Below, in pieces: positions 44,980-56,800 of a stretch of 64,000 nt of DNA. The notes below the pieces were generated by a model. It did not search any database, was not told where the DNA came from, and worked only from the letters and a program-made list of their open reading frames with translations. How positions within the stretch are numbered: the stretch's first letter is position 1; each line of letters begins with the position of its first letter. This stretch comes from Blasia pusilla. Lineage: Eukaryota. The stretch spans positions 14,942,001 to 15,006,000 of the forward strand of contig CM114271.1 in assembly GCA_050084515.1 (NCBI GenBank), given 5' to 3'. A program made the position numbers and the translations under genes.

Positions 44980-45990
44980 ATCAAGGCAACATGGCTCTTA
45001 AAAAGCCACAAGGTGGAATATCGTATGATCCACAAGCACCAATGAAAAAATATCAAGATCAAGAAGCCTGCTTCTAGTAAGTTTTTTGTTGTTTAATTGT
45101 TTATAAAATTTATCATTTCTTCAATGTTGTTTGATGAGTGTTGAGTGCATGATTTGGATTAGCATGATAAAAATTTCAGGTCCTCCTATTCTTAAAAAAC
45201 AAAAATATGTGTGGAATAAAGAGACTGAAAGACTTTTCATAGATTTGTATTTCCATCATTGTAAGCAATGCAGTATAAGCCAAGATCAATGGTGCTTGCT
45301 TGATGTTCACATGAAAAAAAAGCAAGGTGAACTTACCATATAAACTACAATTATTGAGGAAAAAATTGATGGCTGGATTAAAAAATATAAGAGTGAGAAG
45401 CTTAATCAAGGTGAGATTGGTGTTGAGCCAAGTGAGTACGAGTATTATGCTCAAATGCACATAATTAGTGGAATTCCATCAGCAAAGGAAATAGGAATAC
45501 CATATGCATGTGGTGGTCGTCATGGCCTTTTTTGAATCCAATCTTGCTTTCAAATTTATTTTTTATTTGAATGCAAAAGAATTCATCGATTTTGTTACAT
45601 AACCATCACTTGTTCGACTTGTTTCCGAAGAGAGTGAGAGAGTTATAGGTGCACCAAGTGATCCACCAATAGTTATATTACTACATCCCTCGATAGCCAC
45701 AACCTTACCCAATGTATTAACTGAAAGATAGTCCAAAAACCAAAGAACTCAAACAAATATAGTAGGATAATTGAATAAGAAAAGAAAGTCAAGGGGCATA
45801 GGTGAGAATTTTATGCAATCAATGAATGCATTTCATCAAGTTTTGAAGGAGACTAACGAGAAGAGAGCTCAACAAGAAGATAGGAAGTTGGAGCTTACGT
45901 TTGAACTTTAATGCATGGAGTTTGAGTCGTAGAGGAGAGAGAGAAGCTAAGTGGAAGATGGTTATGAACCTCCAATCATGAAAACTAAGT
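44980..45990 (+). pseudogene. Highly decayed Myb/SANT-like DNA-transposon ORF
   Basis: KYVWNKETERLFIDLY motif and a charged coiled-coil tail; many stops. Confidence 0.35.
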
Positions 45991-47094
45991 GAGTATATTG
46001 TATTTCTCTATCTCTAATAATTCAAATAAGCATGTGATTAAAAAAAATTGTTTAAATAATGATGGTTGCATATTCACCTTTGATAGTTCTTCTCTTTTTA
46101 CTTATAGATCCTATAAGTGGTTAGAGGATCGAGCCATTTAACCTCTCATCCACTAAATTGATATCAAGTGATAAGGGCTCTCCATGCAGGATGACAAAAT
46201 TATGCAAGTGTAACTTTTGAAATCATTTCAAGATTCATTGGACAATCTCATAAAAGACTCCACCCACCTTTCAAGCACGGAAATAATTCTTAATGGTCAC
46301 TCTAGCCTTCGATGTTTTGCATTGGATCTCCTTGGCGTAAGTGTTAATGGGATCGCTTCAGTAACCACGGCTGAAGTGGATAAGTTGTATCCCCAAGCAC
46401 TATAGGTGGTATAACTTAATTTTTCCATGTTTTCCCACGAATGTTTATTGTTTATTATAGTTAGAATAAGTTATTCCCCGTGTAGTGCTTGAAGTGTTAC
46501 TCCGTTTCTGTTTTTTGATTATGGAATGTTTTTCCATCTATTTCTTCTCAATATATTTTGAATAAAAAAATCCAAAACAATACGCCGTAGGATGAATGCC
46601 ATCTTGTGTGACGGCCCATGGGTTTTTTACCGTAAAAGAACCCATGGGCGCGGCCTACCGTCCGACCGTATGGCCAGACTCTGAGACGCCCTATTAATCC
46701 GAGCGGGCTCCCGTGGGGTTACGGAGCTCCGTCCACGGACATGAGAAGCCCTTCCGAAGCCCCGGGGCACCGTCAATGATTGTCGGCACCGTGAATCCAT
46801 TCGCTGAGGATTCCGGTGGTGTTGGGCTGGGAGATGTCCGTAGCGACGGATCTCGCAGTGCGAATAGTGGGGAGATCGTCAGCGCTCGCTCGCTCGCGAG
46901 TTTCATTCATTCATGCCGCTGTGATCCCGAGCGCGCGGCCAATTCTTGCTGCTGGGGTTGCGAGGACGCGCCGGCGATTTGCGGGATCGCGAGTGGAAAC
47001 ATCGCGCGTCGCCTGCATCAGACTGTGGAGGAAAGCATTTGCAGAGCTGGCAATCCCGTCGATCTCTTACACTGGAGGAAGACAGCACGCTACG

Positions 47095-49107
47095 ATGAAT
47101 ACTCGTCGGTTCGTTCTCTTTCTCTCTCTTTCTTCGCCTCTCTGTTTCTCTGTCTCCGTCTCTCTCTGTTTCTCTGTTATTTCTTCTCTCTCTCTCTCTC
47201 TCTCTCTCTGTGAGTCGGAATTAGCGTCTGGATTGGCAGATCGAAGAAGGGGGAAGGGGGCTGTGGTGCATTCGGAGTCCGGGATGCGGACTTGCGACGC
47301 CGGTGAACGGAGGAAGGGTGGAGTGAGAGGAAGTGCTAGGAATTCTGTGAGAAAGGGAACTCCGTCTGGGTAGGTTTTGTCAGGTTGGGCAATCGGAACT
47401 AGGGACGGGGATTGTAGGTGATGGGATGATTTCTTCCTCACATGACGCAGAGGGATCTGATGGCATGGCGGTTTGAGTGTGCACGCCGCGGTGGATGTTA
47501 CGCTTGCTTTGAGGGCTGTAGAATTTTGTTGGGAGTCCGAAGTTCTGTACATTTGACGACCTGCTATCAGAAACGAGGCTCACGAACTTGGCTCGCTTGC
47601 AAGAAACCGAAGAGGTCCATGGTCCGTGACTCCTATCGTGGGTAATAAAGAGCTGGATGTGAGGCTCTCCGTCGTGTCTTGCGTAATCCTTCATGTCCCT
47701 TGCTCTCCTCTGCAGTCCTCTACGTTGCGCGCACTTCTTTCATCCGGCAGGGGACTAACTTCGGGCTCTGTGAGTTTTTGGGCTAGTTTCTTTACGCTTT
47801 CCTGGTTTTCTAATTTCGAGCCCCATTCCCCTCTTGGATCCCGATGGACAGGAGAATTCATCGGTTGGACGAGAAATTCACCCGTTCTCTTGCTCATGTC
47901 TGGGAGTAGAGGGCTGGGGCGAAAAATTATTACTCTTGAAAACACGAGGCTGGATAGTCATTGTGCTTTGGTCACTATGATCAAATGGGGATCAGTTCTA
48001 ATTCGATAGATGTGATGGGGTGTGGCCGCGTTTGCAGAGACTATCGCCGCAGTTCACTCTTCGATAGTTTGGAGGAAGGTGGCATGCGGCCAGCTCCATC
48101 GTATTCAACAAGTGAAATCGCGGAGCAGGAAAATGAGCGGGGAATTGATGGTCTGCAGGACAGAGTGAGCGTGCTTAAGAGGGTGGGTGACAAATCTCGT
48201 TCATTTGACATCAGGATATGCCAAACATGGAATATTGGCGTTCAAGTGCTGCATTTCTTCACCTCCTTGCTGTTCCCGTCAAAGTATGCAGAGTCGGATT
48301 TTGTCGAAGCACCTTTGCCAGAGAAGGCTGATGAGATGAATCAGGTTGACTTCTATCTCGAAACAGGGATTGGAATTTTGACCCAGCTACCGTTTCACTA
48401 ATGGTGCATCGCTCGTCGGATTTTTGGTGCAGTTGACATCAGACATACACGATGAAGTGGACACTCATAATCGATTGCTAGAGAGAATGGTACATGTTTC
48501 TACAGAATTCTTCCTTCGATTCAGTTACTACCAGATGTCTTAGGGCATGATATATCCTTGAGGATTGCGCAGGTATGAATGGGTTAGGAAGAACTTAAAT
48601 TAAGTTGTTAGTCGCCCATAGAGTGGCCTTTGTTCTAGGCATTTGTACATCAACAGTTACAGTGGTTGCTTCTTTGCATTTAGGACTACTGGTCTTCAGG
48701 AGAGGGAATCTGATGTATTTTGGATTTTCAGGGTAAATGGATTTCAGTGAAGTGCACAACTGCAGAAAGCCTACTCTGGATCATGCGCTCATGCATGTGG
48801 ACTATGTGCGCATGGTTTCTTGCAGGAACAAGATATGGACGCATCTAGAGGAATGCTCTCAGGAACAATGGATCGGTTTACACGGGTGAGTTGAGTGCGA
48901 CTTTACTCAACAATATCTGCTCTAGGGTTCAGTCGGTGTGTTGGAAGGGGATCTCATTTACGTCTTGTGGCGAGGAACAGTGCATCTGACCACATCATTT
49001 TGCCTGTTTTGAGGCAGGTTTTTGAAACAAAATCTGGAAGGAGCATTATGACTATCGTTGGATCTATGGTGATAGTCTTTCTTCTTGTGTACTACCTGAC
49101 AAAGTGA
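47095..49107 (+). CDS. BET1: Bet1-like Qc-SNARE (Golgi, BET11/BS14 type), 5 exons
   Basis: Exons 47095-47108, 48038-48182, 48433-48489, 48826-48885, 49018-49107 give MNTRRDYRRSSLFDSLEEGG...LQDRVSVLKRLTSDIHDEVDTHNRLLERM...SGTMDRF..VFE plus C-terminal TM helix ending YYLTK. Confidence 0.93.
47113..47210 (+). repeat. CT-rich microsatellite in BET1 intron 1
   Basis: Interrupted (CT)n/(CTCTGT)n run directly after the first donor site. Confidence 0.8.
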
Positions 49108-50654
49108 GGAGCACGTTGCAATGGGTTGTGTTTGTATAACAGGTATCTTAATCAACACTTCAAATTACAGTGGAATAACGTATGAAGATTGAATGATGGT
49201 AGTAACGACATATACCCTGATATCATCCAGGATCTGGGTGAGGTGGCAATATTTCTCCCTCCAGTAAGGCATGAAGTGTAGACTTGTGAAAGAGTTTCTT
49301 TATTCCATACTTCTTTCACCTCTAGGTATGGGCAGTTGGATATTAGTCACACATACTGGGTGATAAGATAATGCACACTTGTGCTTTATCTAATGTGGTA
49401 TTGTGGCTCATTGCAATTTGCAGGTGGGTGACATATTGGTTTATTTACCGGTCTCCTATTCGTACTTTTGAACATGGATTTGCCGAGAGATGATTGCTTG
49501 TATCAAGGTGGCAGAATTTGCTGTCATAGAATAGAGACTCTTGAGCTTAAAGAAGGATCCTTTTAGGTATCTGAATCTGCCTTGCAGGAAAGGAAAGGGT
49601 CTGTCTGGTTGTAGGGTAGATGGGGAGACTAGTTTACTATTTGTAGGCATGTTCAAATTGGGGTCGTGAACTGATCGCTGAGATTTTGTAATTAAGAAGA
49701 TCACGTGAGAGAAGAAAAGTCTAGACCTTGAATTGTTTTGGAATTCTGTTGTATCAATATCTACATTTGTATTCATGTGGATTTAAAGATATACCAGGAA
49801 TGGAAGGTTTTATACCATTGTCTCCAATTTGAAGGATATCTTGTGTTACATTGAAATGGCATGGGGAAGAAAAGTGTATTTCCATCATTTTATTCGTCCA
49901 CGTGATCTTCGAGCCTTGAATGGGAAAATGAGTTGTTTCACATGACGGTCGATGTGCTGTGCTGAAGCCTTTAAGTAGATTGTCTCATGGTTGACTCCTA
50001 GAGAATTTGTAAAGCAAGTTGTAGTCCTTGTCAGTCATTAGTCTCGGCTTTGTGATTTCATCAGACACTAGTTCAAAAGACCTTGGTTTGCCTCTAGGAA
50101 TTAGTTTTCGAGCAGACCAATGGAGGATTATCTTTCAATCATGCATGTAGACTTTGAAGAACCTGGAACCTTTGAACAAGTTCCTTCTTGTAAAAAAATT
50201 GTGGACGACTCAGAAACGTGGTAGGGGCAATTTTCCGGCCAATGTCTTTCCATAATGTGTTAAGTGACACAGTAGGTGGGTTGGCTGCAAGCTCTCAAAG
50301 TGTGTTGTTCAGAAGTAGAAATGGCTCAATGACAATGCAACTATGTCGAGGTGGGAAATGCACATGTTTAAGAATTGGATTGGAGAGGTGGTTCATGATT
50401 AATGTGCAAAACATACAACAATTTGTTAGAATGGGACATAATTTTTTCAGGGTTTGAATTTTTGAAAACCTTCCCTTTTGAAGTTCAAGATTACATTTCC
50501 CTCCACATAATAAGGTGAGGTATCCTTCATAAAATTGGAGGACTAGATTTGCAATTTTAGGAAGCTTCTCGATGTGGAAATGGGTAGGCCTTATGGAAAA
50601 CCTTTGAATGTGTCATGTCATTTGATTTTCTCAATCTCCCTACATGAAGCATAA

Positions 50655-50900
50655 GATGATTAAGTGGTGTGTCTTAATTCTTTTGAGATCTTCTCGAAGA
50701 GGTCACCACTTCAAGGTAAAATAGTGTCTTTTTGCAGATGGCTAAGTGGTGTATCTTAATTCTTTTGAGATCTTCTCAAAGAGGTCACCACTTCGAGGTA
50801 AAGTAGTGTCTTTTTGCAGATGACTAAGTGGTGTATCTTAATTCTTTTGAGATCTTCTCAAAGAGGTCACCACTTCAAGGTAAAGTAGTGTCTTTTTGCA
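50655..50900. repeat. Tandem repeat, 3 x 82 bp, each unit internally palindromic
   Basis: Units start at 50655, 50737 and 50819; each has AAGTGGTG...TTTGAGATCTTCTC(A/G)AAGA...CACCACTT. Confidence 0.9.
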
Positions 50901-52734
50901 AAGTGGTTTTTTTAAAAACTCCATTTAAAAAAAAATTGTACTCATTTTTGGGTCCTTAAAACAATTCTTCAAGGAGGATTGGACTCCTTCCAATTCTTTC
51001 CTAGGGAGGGCTTTCCTCATTTTTTGTTTTCCCCTTCTCCATTTCTTACAGTTTAGAATCAATAATTTTGCGAGAGAACAAACAATATTATGAATTTCCC
51101 TCACCTATATGTCCTTCAACATCCCATAAAAATCTGAAGATTTAGTTCCACCATAGAAAGAAAGTAGTTGCAAAATGAGGAGAAGATTACTAGAAAGTTA
51201 GGAGGAAAAGCAAAAGTGGAGCGGTTTAGAGACAAAAGGGAATTTATGGGCAAGGTTTTGATTCCAAACTTTGAGTATTTGCGAGTTCCAGAACTTGCAA
51301 ATGAATTGCAAGTTGACCCTATGTTGAGACTCCAATGTGAGCCCGCAGAGTCATAATTTGTGAGTCCAAGAGGCCGCATTCTTTGAGTGCCTCGTGAGTC
51401 GCCTTAAGTGCAACAACGGAACAATTTTCTGGACTTGCAAAGCTGAGTGGATTTGTAATAGACTTACATACATGAAGTGGACTCGCAAATTGACAATCGC
51501 AACGAACTCGCAAAGTATCAACTTTTGGAAAAAATGGACTTGCAATGGAGCCGTATTGATTCCTCAATCCCTACTAGTGTTCAAGTTATATGTTTCATTC
51601 TCATAAATATTCAAAGCAAAATGGATCTATACAATTATTTACGTTAACTTTCTTGCTTATAAAACTAAAAAAATTGTGACGTTTTTACATTTCCAAGTGC
51701 CTCAGATAGTAGTTATCCATTTATTGGGCTTGCTATAAATATTGAAAAAAATTTCAAGTAAAGATTCTATCTAGATTTTTTCTCATTCTTGAATTTCATA
51801 TTAAAAGTTCTCTTACAAAAATGACCAACTTTTTTTTGCTATAGTTAAAAGGTACGATTTATTTTAGTCTTAATTTTAATTATAACTTGGCTAGGGATCG
51901 GTAAATGAAAAAAATCGTAATCAAAGGCTTCAACATTACAATGAGGTTTTTGTTTTCTTCTTAACTATAGATTCAAACTACGGGATACTAGTACTACAAT
52001 TCCGGCCAGTGGCTTGAATGCCATGAAACATTTACTTGTTTAGAGGGATTTATCTCTTTTAGCAAGTGTGAACTTATGGTCTTAATAAACCCTCCTTTTA
52101 CTTCTTTAATACACTAATTATCTATTCATGATTTAGGTTGTTACATTAGGAATGTTATGGTGCATCGCACCATTGCTCTAGGCGTCAACGAGGGTTAGGT
52201 CTCGTCAATTATTTCCCCTATTGAAAAATTTCTCCCTCATGTGGTTTTAAAACAATAAGAAAAAAATATGAACATCACTTGTAAAGTATGACGAAATAGT
52301 ACACTTCTACTATTTTGATTTTGAAGTGCTCCTCGGGCTCGACACTGTGGTGGGTGTAAAATTTTGGGGAGGAAAGGAGGTCATATTTGATTCTTGGGAG
52401 AGATAGGAGATGATGAAAAAAGGGACAAAAAGATTTGGTACTCCGGAAGAAATGGAGGAGTGAGGAATGAGATGTTTATTAAAGGGGCTACTACTTGTGC
52501 TTTAAGCAAAGAAAAGGAGATTGTTCCATTATTATTTAGAATAGAAAAGTTGGGTATTTGTTAATTTTTTCAACCCTTTTGAAACAAAGGTTTTTCCAAG
52601 ATATAAGGAATATGAAGAAAGTATTTTTAACACGGGCATAATAACAATAATCTTTTTGACGCTCCCATTTATTTTTTTCTCCAGACATGTCCGCAAGTAT
52701 TACACACATGTGTAATAATTGCTTACTCTCCATC

Positions 52735-52981
52735 CCTCTCAAAGGGCCAGACACTAGTTCATATAGTAAGAACCCGTAAGGTATCCCATCCCTGTTTAGT
52801 CTATATTATTAAAAGAGGATGGGGTTGAGAACCCCTTCCTCATGCGTTGACACATGTACATTTTTGCTTCATCCGGTGTTGACACGTGTAGTGTTTAACA
52901 TGTTACTTAACGGGGTTAGACTTAGCAAGAGATGTGCCCTTTCACGCAGTACACCAGTAATGTCAAAGTGAACCCCACTAG
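52735..52981 (+). mobile_element. Helitron-like ends: 3' hairpin plus CTAG|T at 52754-52757, then a TCTATATTATT...CTAG|T unit at 52800-52981
   Basis: CCCTCTCAAAGGG hairpin 7 nt before CTAGT; second unit has the same 5' motif as the 14511 element but a weak 3' hairpin. Confidence 0.4.
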
Positions 52982-53865
52982 TAAGGGACCGGGTCCTCTA
53001 CATGACCCATTTAAGATTGACAAAAATGTTTCTTAAGACTGTATTAACACGTGTCACACGTTCAATGTGTGTATGTCACCCCATTAAGGCTGACAAAAAT
53101 ATTTTTAGGAACCTAGAGCAGCAAGAAGATTGCATCCTCCCATCAGTATGTAGATTTAAATTTAACGTCACACTTGAGGACATGTAATGACACGCGTCGA
53201 CTGGAAGAGCAGCTACGCGATCGGGTTATAATTGTAGCCTGTCAGAATAAAAAAAGGTTTTTCGTACCATTTAAAATCGAAGAAAAACCGGTTCGAAGTT
53301 CGGTTTTACCGTCCCGGTTATGGAATACCGGCCATGGAACGGTTCCCGTGAAGAGGAACTCCCCGGAGCCTTGAGTGGTTTCTAATACCATAAACGCCGT
53401 GTCCCCCACACGAAGACGACACGTCCTCGCCCGGAACCATCGGCGCGCGTGTGGTGCGGAGGGGTGATCCGAGGAGGAACACATGTGAGCAGCAGTAGCA
53501 GCGGTGACAAGTAAGTGAGTGCTCATGCGACGGACGGTAACGGTGAACGGATTTAGGAGGCGCGGCGAATTAGGAACGCACCGTCGCGCGCTAATTAGCG
53601 TTCGCGATGAAGCGTCCGATCATCGCGGGCCGCGTATCGCCGAATTAGCGCACGTATGGTGCGGAGGAAAGGGTGACTAGTGACATAATTAACGGAAGGA
53701 GAGGCGATAGCGAAGTTCGCAGCGGAGGCTTCGCAGACGTCGTTGGGATGCGAGCGAGAGCGAGAGCGAGGGAGGGGAGGGGAGGAGAGGAGAGAGGAGA
53801 CGAGAGGCGCAGAGGAGGCAAGGAAGGAAGGGAAGGGAGGAGAGAGGAGGAAGAGGAGGAGGATA

Positions 53866-56800
53866 ATGGCAGCTTGTTGCGTCGCTTTGAGGACGCACCT
53901 GCTCTCAAACGCACTCTGGGAGGCTCCATGGCAGCACGGCAGCGGCGGGATCTCTGCGAAGCGCGAATGGGCGAGTCGAATTATGCGAGTGCGGAGTAGT
54001 GGCGACAGGGAAGGAGGAGGGGGAGGGGGAGGAGGAGGAGGAGAATCGAATGGGGAGCCGCCGAGGAAGAAGAAGGGGGGAGGTGATAAGGGAAGGCGTC
54101 GGTTTGATGCCGGGTTTTCGTTTGCTGACGGGGATGGGAGTGGAGTGGAATGCGTTGTGCCTCGAGAGCAGCAGCCTGTGAATGAGTACCAGGCTTTAAC
54201 GCAGTCAATTTTGTTTCCGTGGGCTACCGATGACATTTGGAATTATGTGCTTAGGTTGGCTGCGATTGGGGGGTTGAGCACTCTGGTCATAGGCTGGCCT
54301 GTGTCTGCGGTGAGTATCAACGCGCAGCAAGAGCCTCTCAAATGCGCTGTCGGAGCGTTGTGTGGAGGGCTGGGAGCTTCCACACTGGCCGTCGTGAGGC
54401 TCTATTTGGGATGGGCGTACGTGGGAAATCGCTTATTCAGTGCCACCGTCGAATGTACATTTACCTTTCCTGTCCTGTGAATTGAGCGCTTGTGTGGAAG
54501 CTCTCGGATGTAATGGTGATTCGGTTGTGTAACCGAACTGAATTGGCTTTGTTCTGTGGATGTTCGGAAATGCGAAACCCAGTGCGAGCAAACTTTGCTG
54601 CGTGAATTCCCGATTGGAGACCATAATAGTCGATATCCATGCAGTGTAGCGATCTAGATTTGGTTCGTGGCATCTCACACGGAAGCCCTGTCCGCAGTGT
54701 AACTTTGACTGCTGTGAGGTTGGGATATTCGTCGTGCAGTACCCCAAATTGTCCGTCCCTTCCCAAGGTAGTTTGATGGTGAATGGCAGTCGCCAATTTT
54801 TTCACCTAGAAGTCGTGTTTTCTCCTTAGTTAACAAGTCAAACGGAGGAGCTCTGCCGACTTATCATCCGTAAGTTCTACTACAAAATCCTCCGCTAGAT
54901 TGATATCATCGAAGAACCCTTCAGAAGCTCTGTCACATAGCTGGAGCGTCAGTTTTCCACTGACTCGGTGTTGCTGTTTTTCCGCAGATGAGGAGACAGG
55001 GTGGTACGACGGTGAGGTACGCTCTCTTGCAGGCTCTGTGCTCTATTAGACAGAGAATGTGTGAAGCCAAAAAGTAACGACCCGCTGCGAAGAAGTCTGT
55101 GCCCGTGTGAAGAAAGTCAGGACGTCACCTGAACAGCTTGTGGCAATTGCCTGGTGAGATAGAGATAAATAATACACTTAGTCTACAAACAACAGAATGC
55201 CCCTAATTAAATGGATGATATAATTCAAGTCAGTTTTATCGTTCATAAGAATTGTGCACTCAATAATTCATGCTTAGTTTGGACTTCCTGGAGCAGTCAG
55301 TGACCCTCCGACTGGTGAGTATGCATTTAGAGGACCAAAGCAAGGGGCTATGGTTGTGGGGGGCAGAATCGTACTGTAAAGATGATGTAGGTTCTTATAC
55401 CTTCAATTCCAAATTATGTGAAACCAGGTCTTATGATTTGAGTAGTCTCCATGATCAAACTTCACAGGAACTCTGGAACAAGAACTACTGTCGGCGTGGT
55501 CATGACCACATATCAGCCACTGGAAGAAAGAAATGTAAGGGAGATAAGAAAAGGTTGGCAGGAAGGAATTTCCAGTCGCTAAATGTAGCTGCTGTAGTCC
55601 TTCATTTCTTTGTCTGCATGATGTAGACGAGGATAGTTTTAGTGTAGTAACAAAGTGCAACAATCCACGGTTGGATGGTTTATTTCCAGAAGACCTGCAA
55701 TAGACGCAATGAACTTAAGTACACAACTGTAAACAAACTCTTTCACTCTACGTTGCAACTGAACCCAGGATTATGGGTGGGTATTAGTCTTTAGGACCAG
55801 CGCACCCACAGATTTGATCACATTTTGGGGACAGCAGTGCGTTGCAATGTTGCTCAAGCATGTTCGACCAAGACCAAATTGGACTTGAAGCTGAAAAAAC
55901 TTTCTCATAGTTGTTGCTGGCATGAGTAGGACCTCATTCAGACTGCAAAAATTGTCTGCAGTCCTGACATCATGTGTTGGTCGCCCTCGTGAAGCCTGGG
56001 TGCCGGACATTGAGAGATGTCACAGATCGGAAGGAGTGTCTGCCAGACGCCTGTACATAAAAAGCACTTACAAATAGAATTGGATAAAAGCAGGTTCAAT
56101 GTTAACCTGCACCAGGGTCCAAGGCATAGGCAATGGAAGGACAGGAGCGCACAACAGTTGAACCCTACCAATGTCCAACCCCACACGCAAGGCACTAGTA
56201 AAGTAGAGCTAGTCTCTGTAACCAGTCAGCCATTAAAACTTGATCATTTTCTTGAAGGTATCTCTGAATTTACAAATTTATTATTAACACTGCCTTGGCA
56301 GTTCTGATCTGTATAACTGAGACCTCTGTGAAAAAGGTGGATATCCTTGAAGAGATGAGTAAAGTTCTCTATTCTGGTAGGACAGTGAGCAGGGGTAAAC
56401 CAATGGATTTTCATTCTCTATCACCTTTGTATCGGGTTTATCCGGGTAATAGTGGGAGATCCTCGTATTATTTGCTCCAGATACTGTAGAAGGACCATAT
56501 ATCTACATATGATCTACAGTTCTTGCAAAGACTCCACAACAAATTTCAAAATTCATGTCAAAGGTGAATACCTTTACAACAGACTAAGGTGACTGTGTGA
56601 GCGCAGTCCGCGGTACCCTAGACTTCCATGATTCTCATCATCTTGTTTACCAGGTCTTGCAGGCGTTTGACAGCATTATTCCATTCTGGTGCTGGCAGTG
56701 GCATTGATTGGATTTTGATCTTGGTTTGGAGATAGTGATCTTACATCCTAGTTGCTATCGTCCCTATTTTCCGTGCGCTCTGTGTCCCTAACACTTTCAC

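Noticed and set aside
46713-47694. Several 100-185 aa ORFs around the BET1 5' end
   Set aside because: They span UTR, microsatellite and intron 1; the true first exon is 14 coding nt.
50655-50900. CRISPR-like array
   Set aside because: Units are contiguous 82-mers without unique spacers, there are no cas genes, and the context is eukaryotic.
53595-54236. 213-aa proline/serine-rich minus-strand ORF
   Set aside because: Reverse complement of the GA-rich 5' UTR and poly-Gly exon of the DUF1230 gene.
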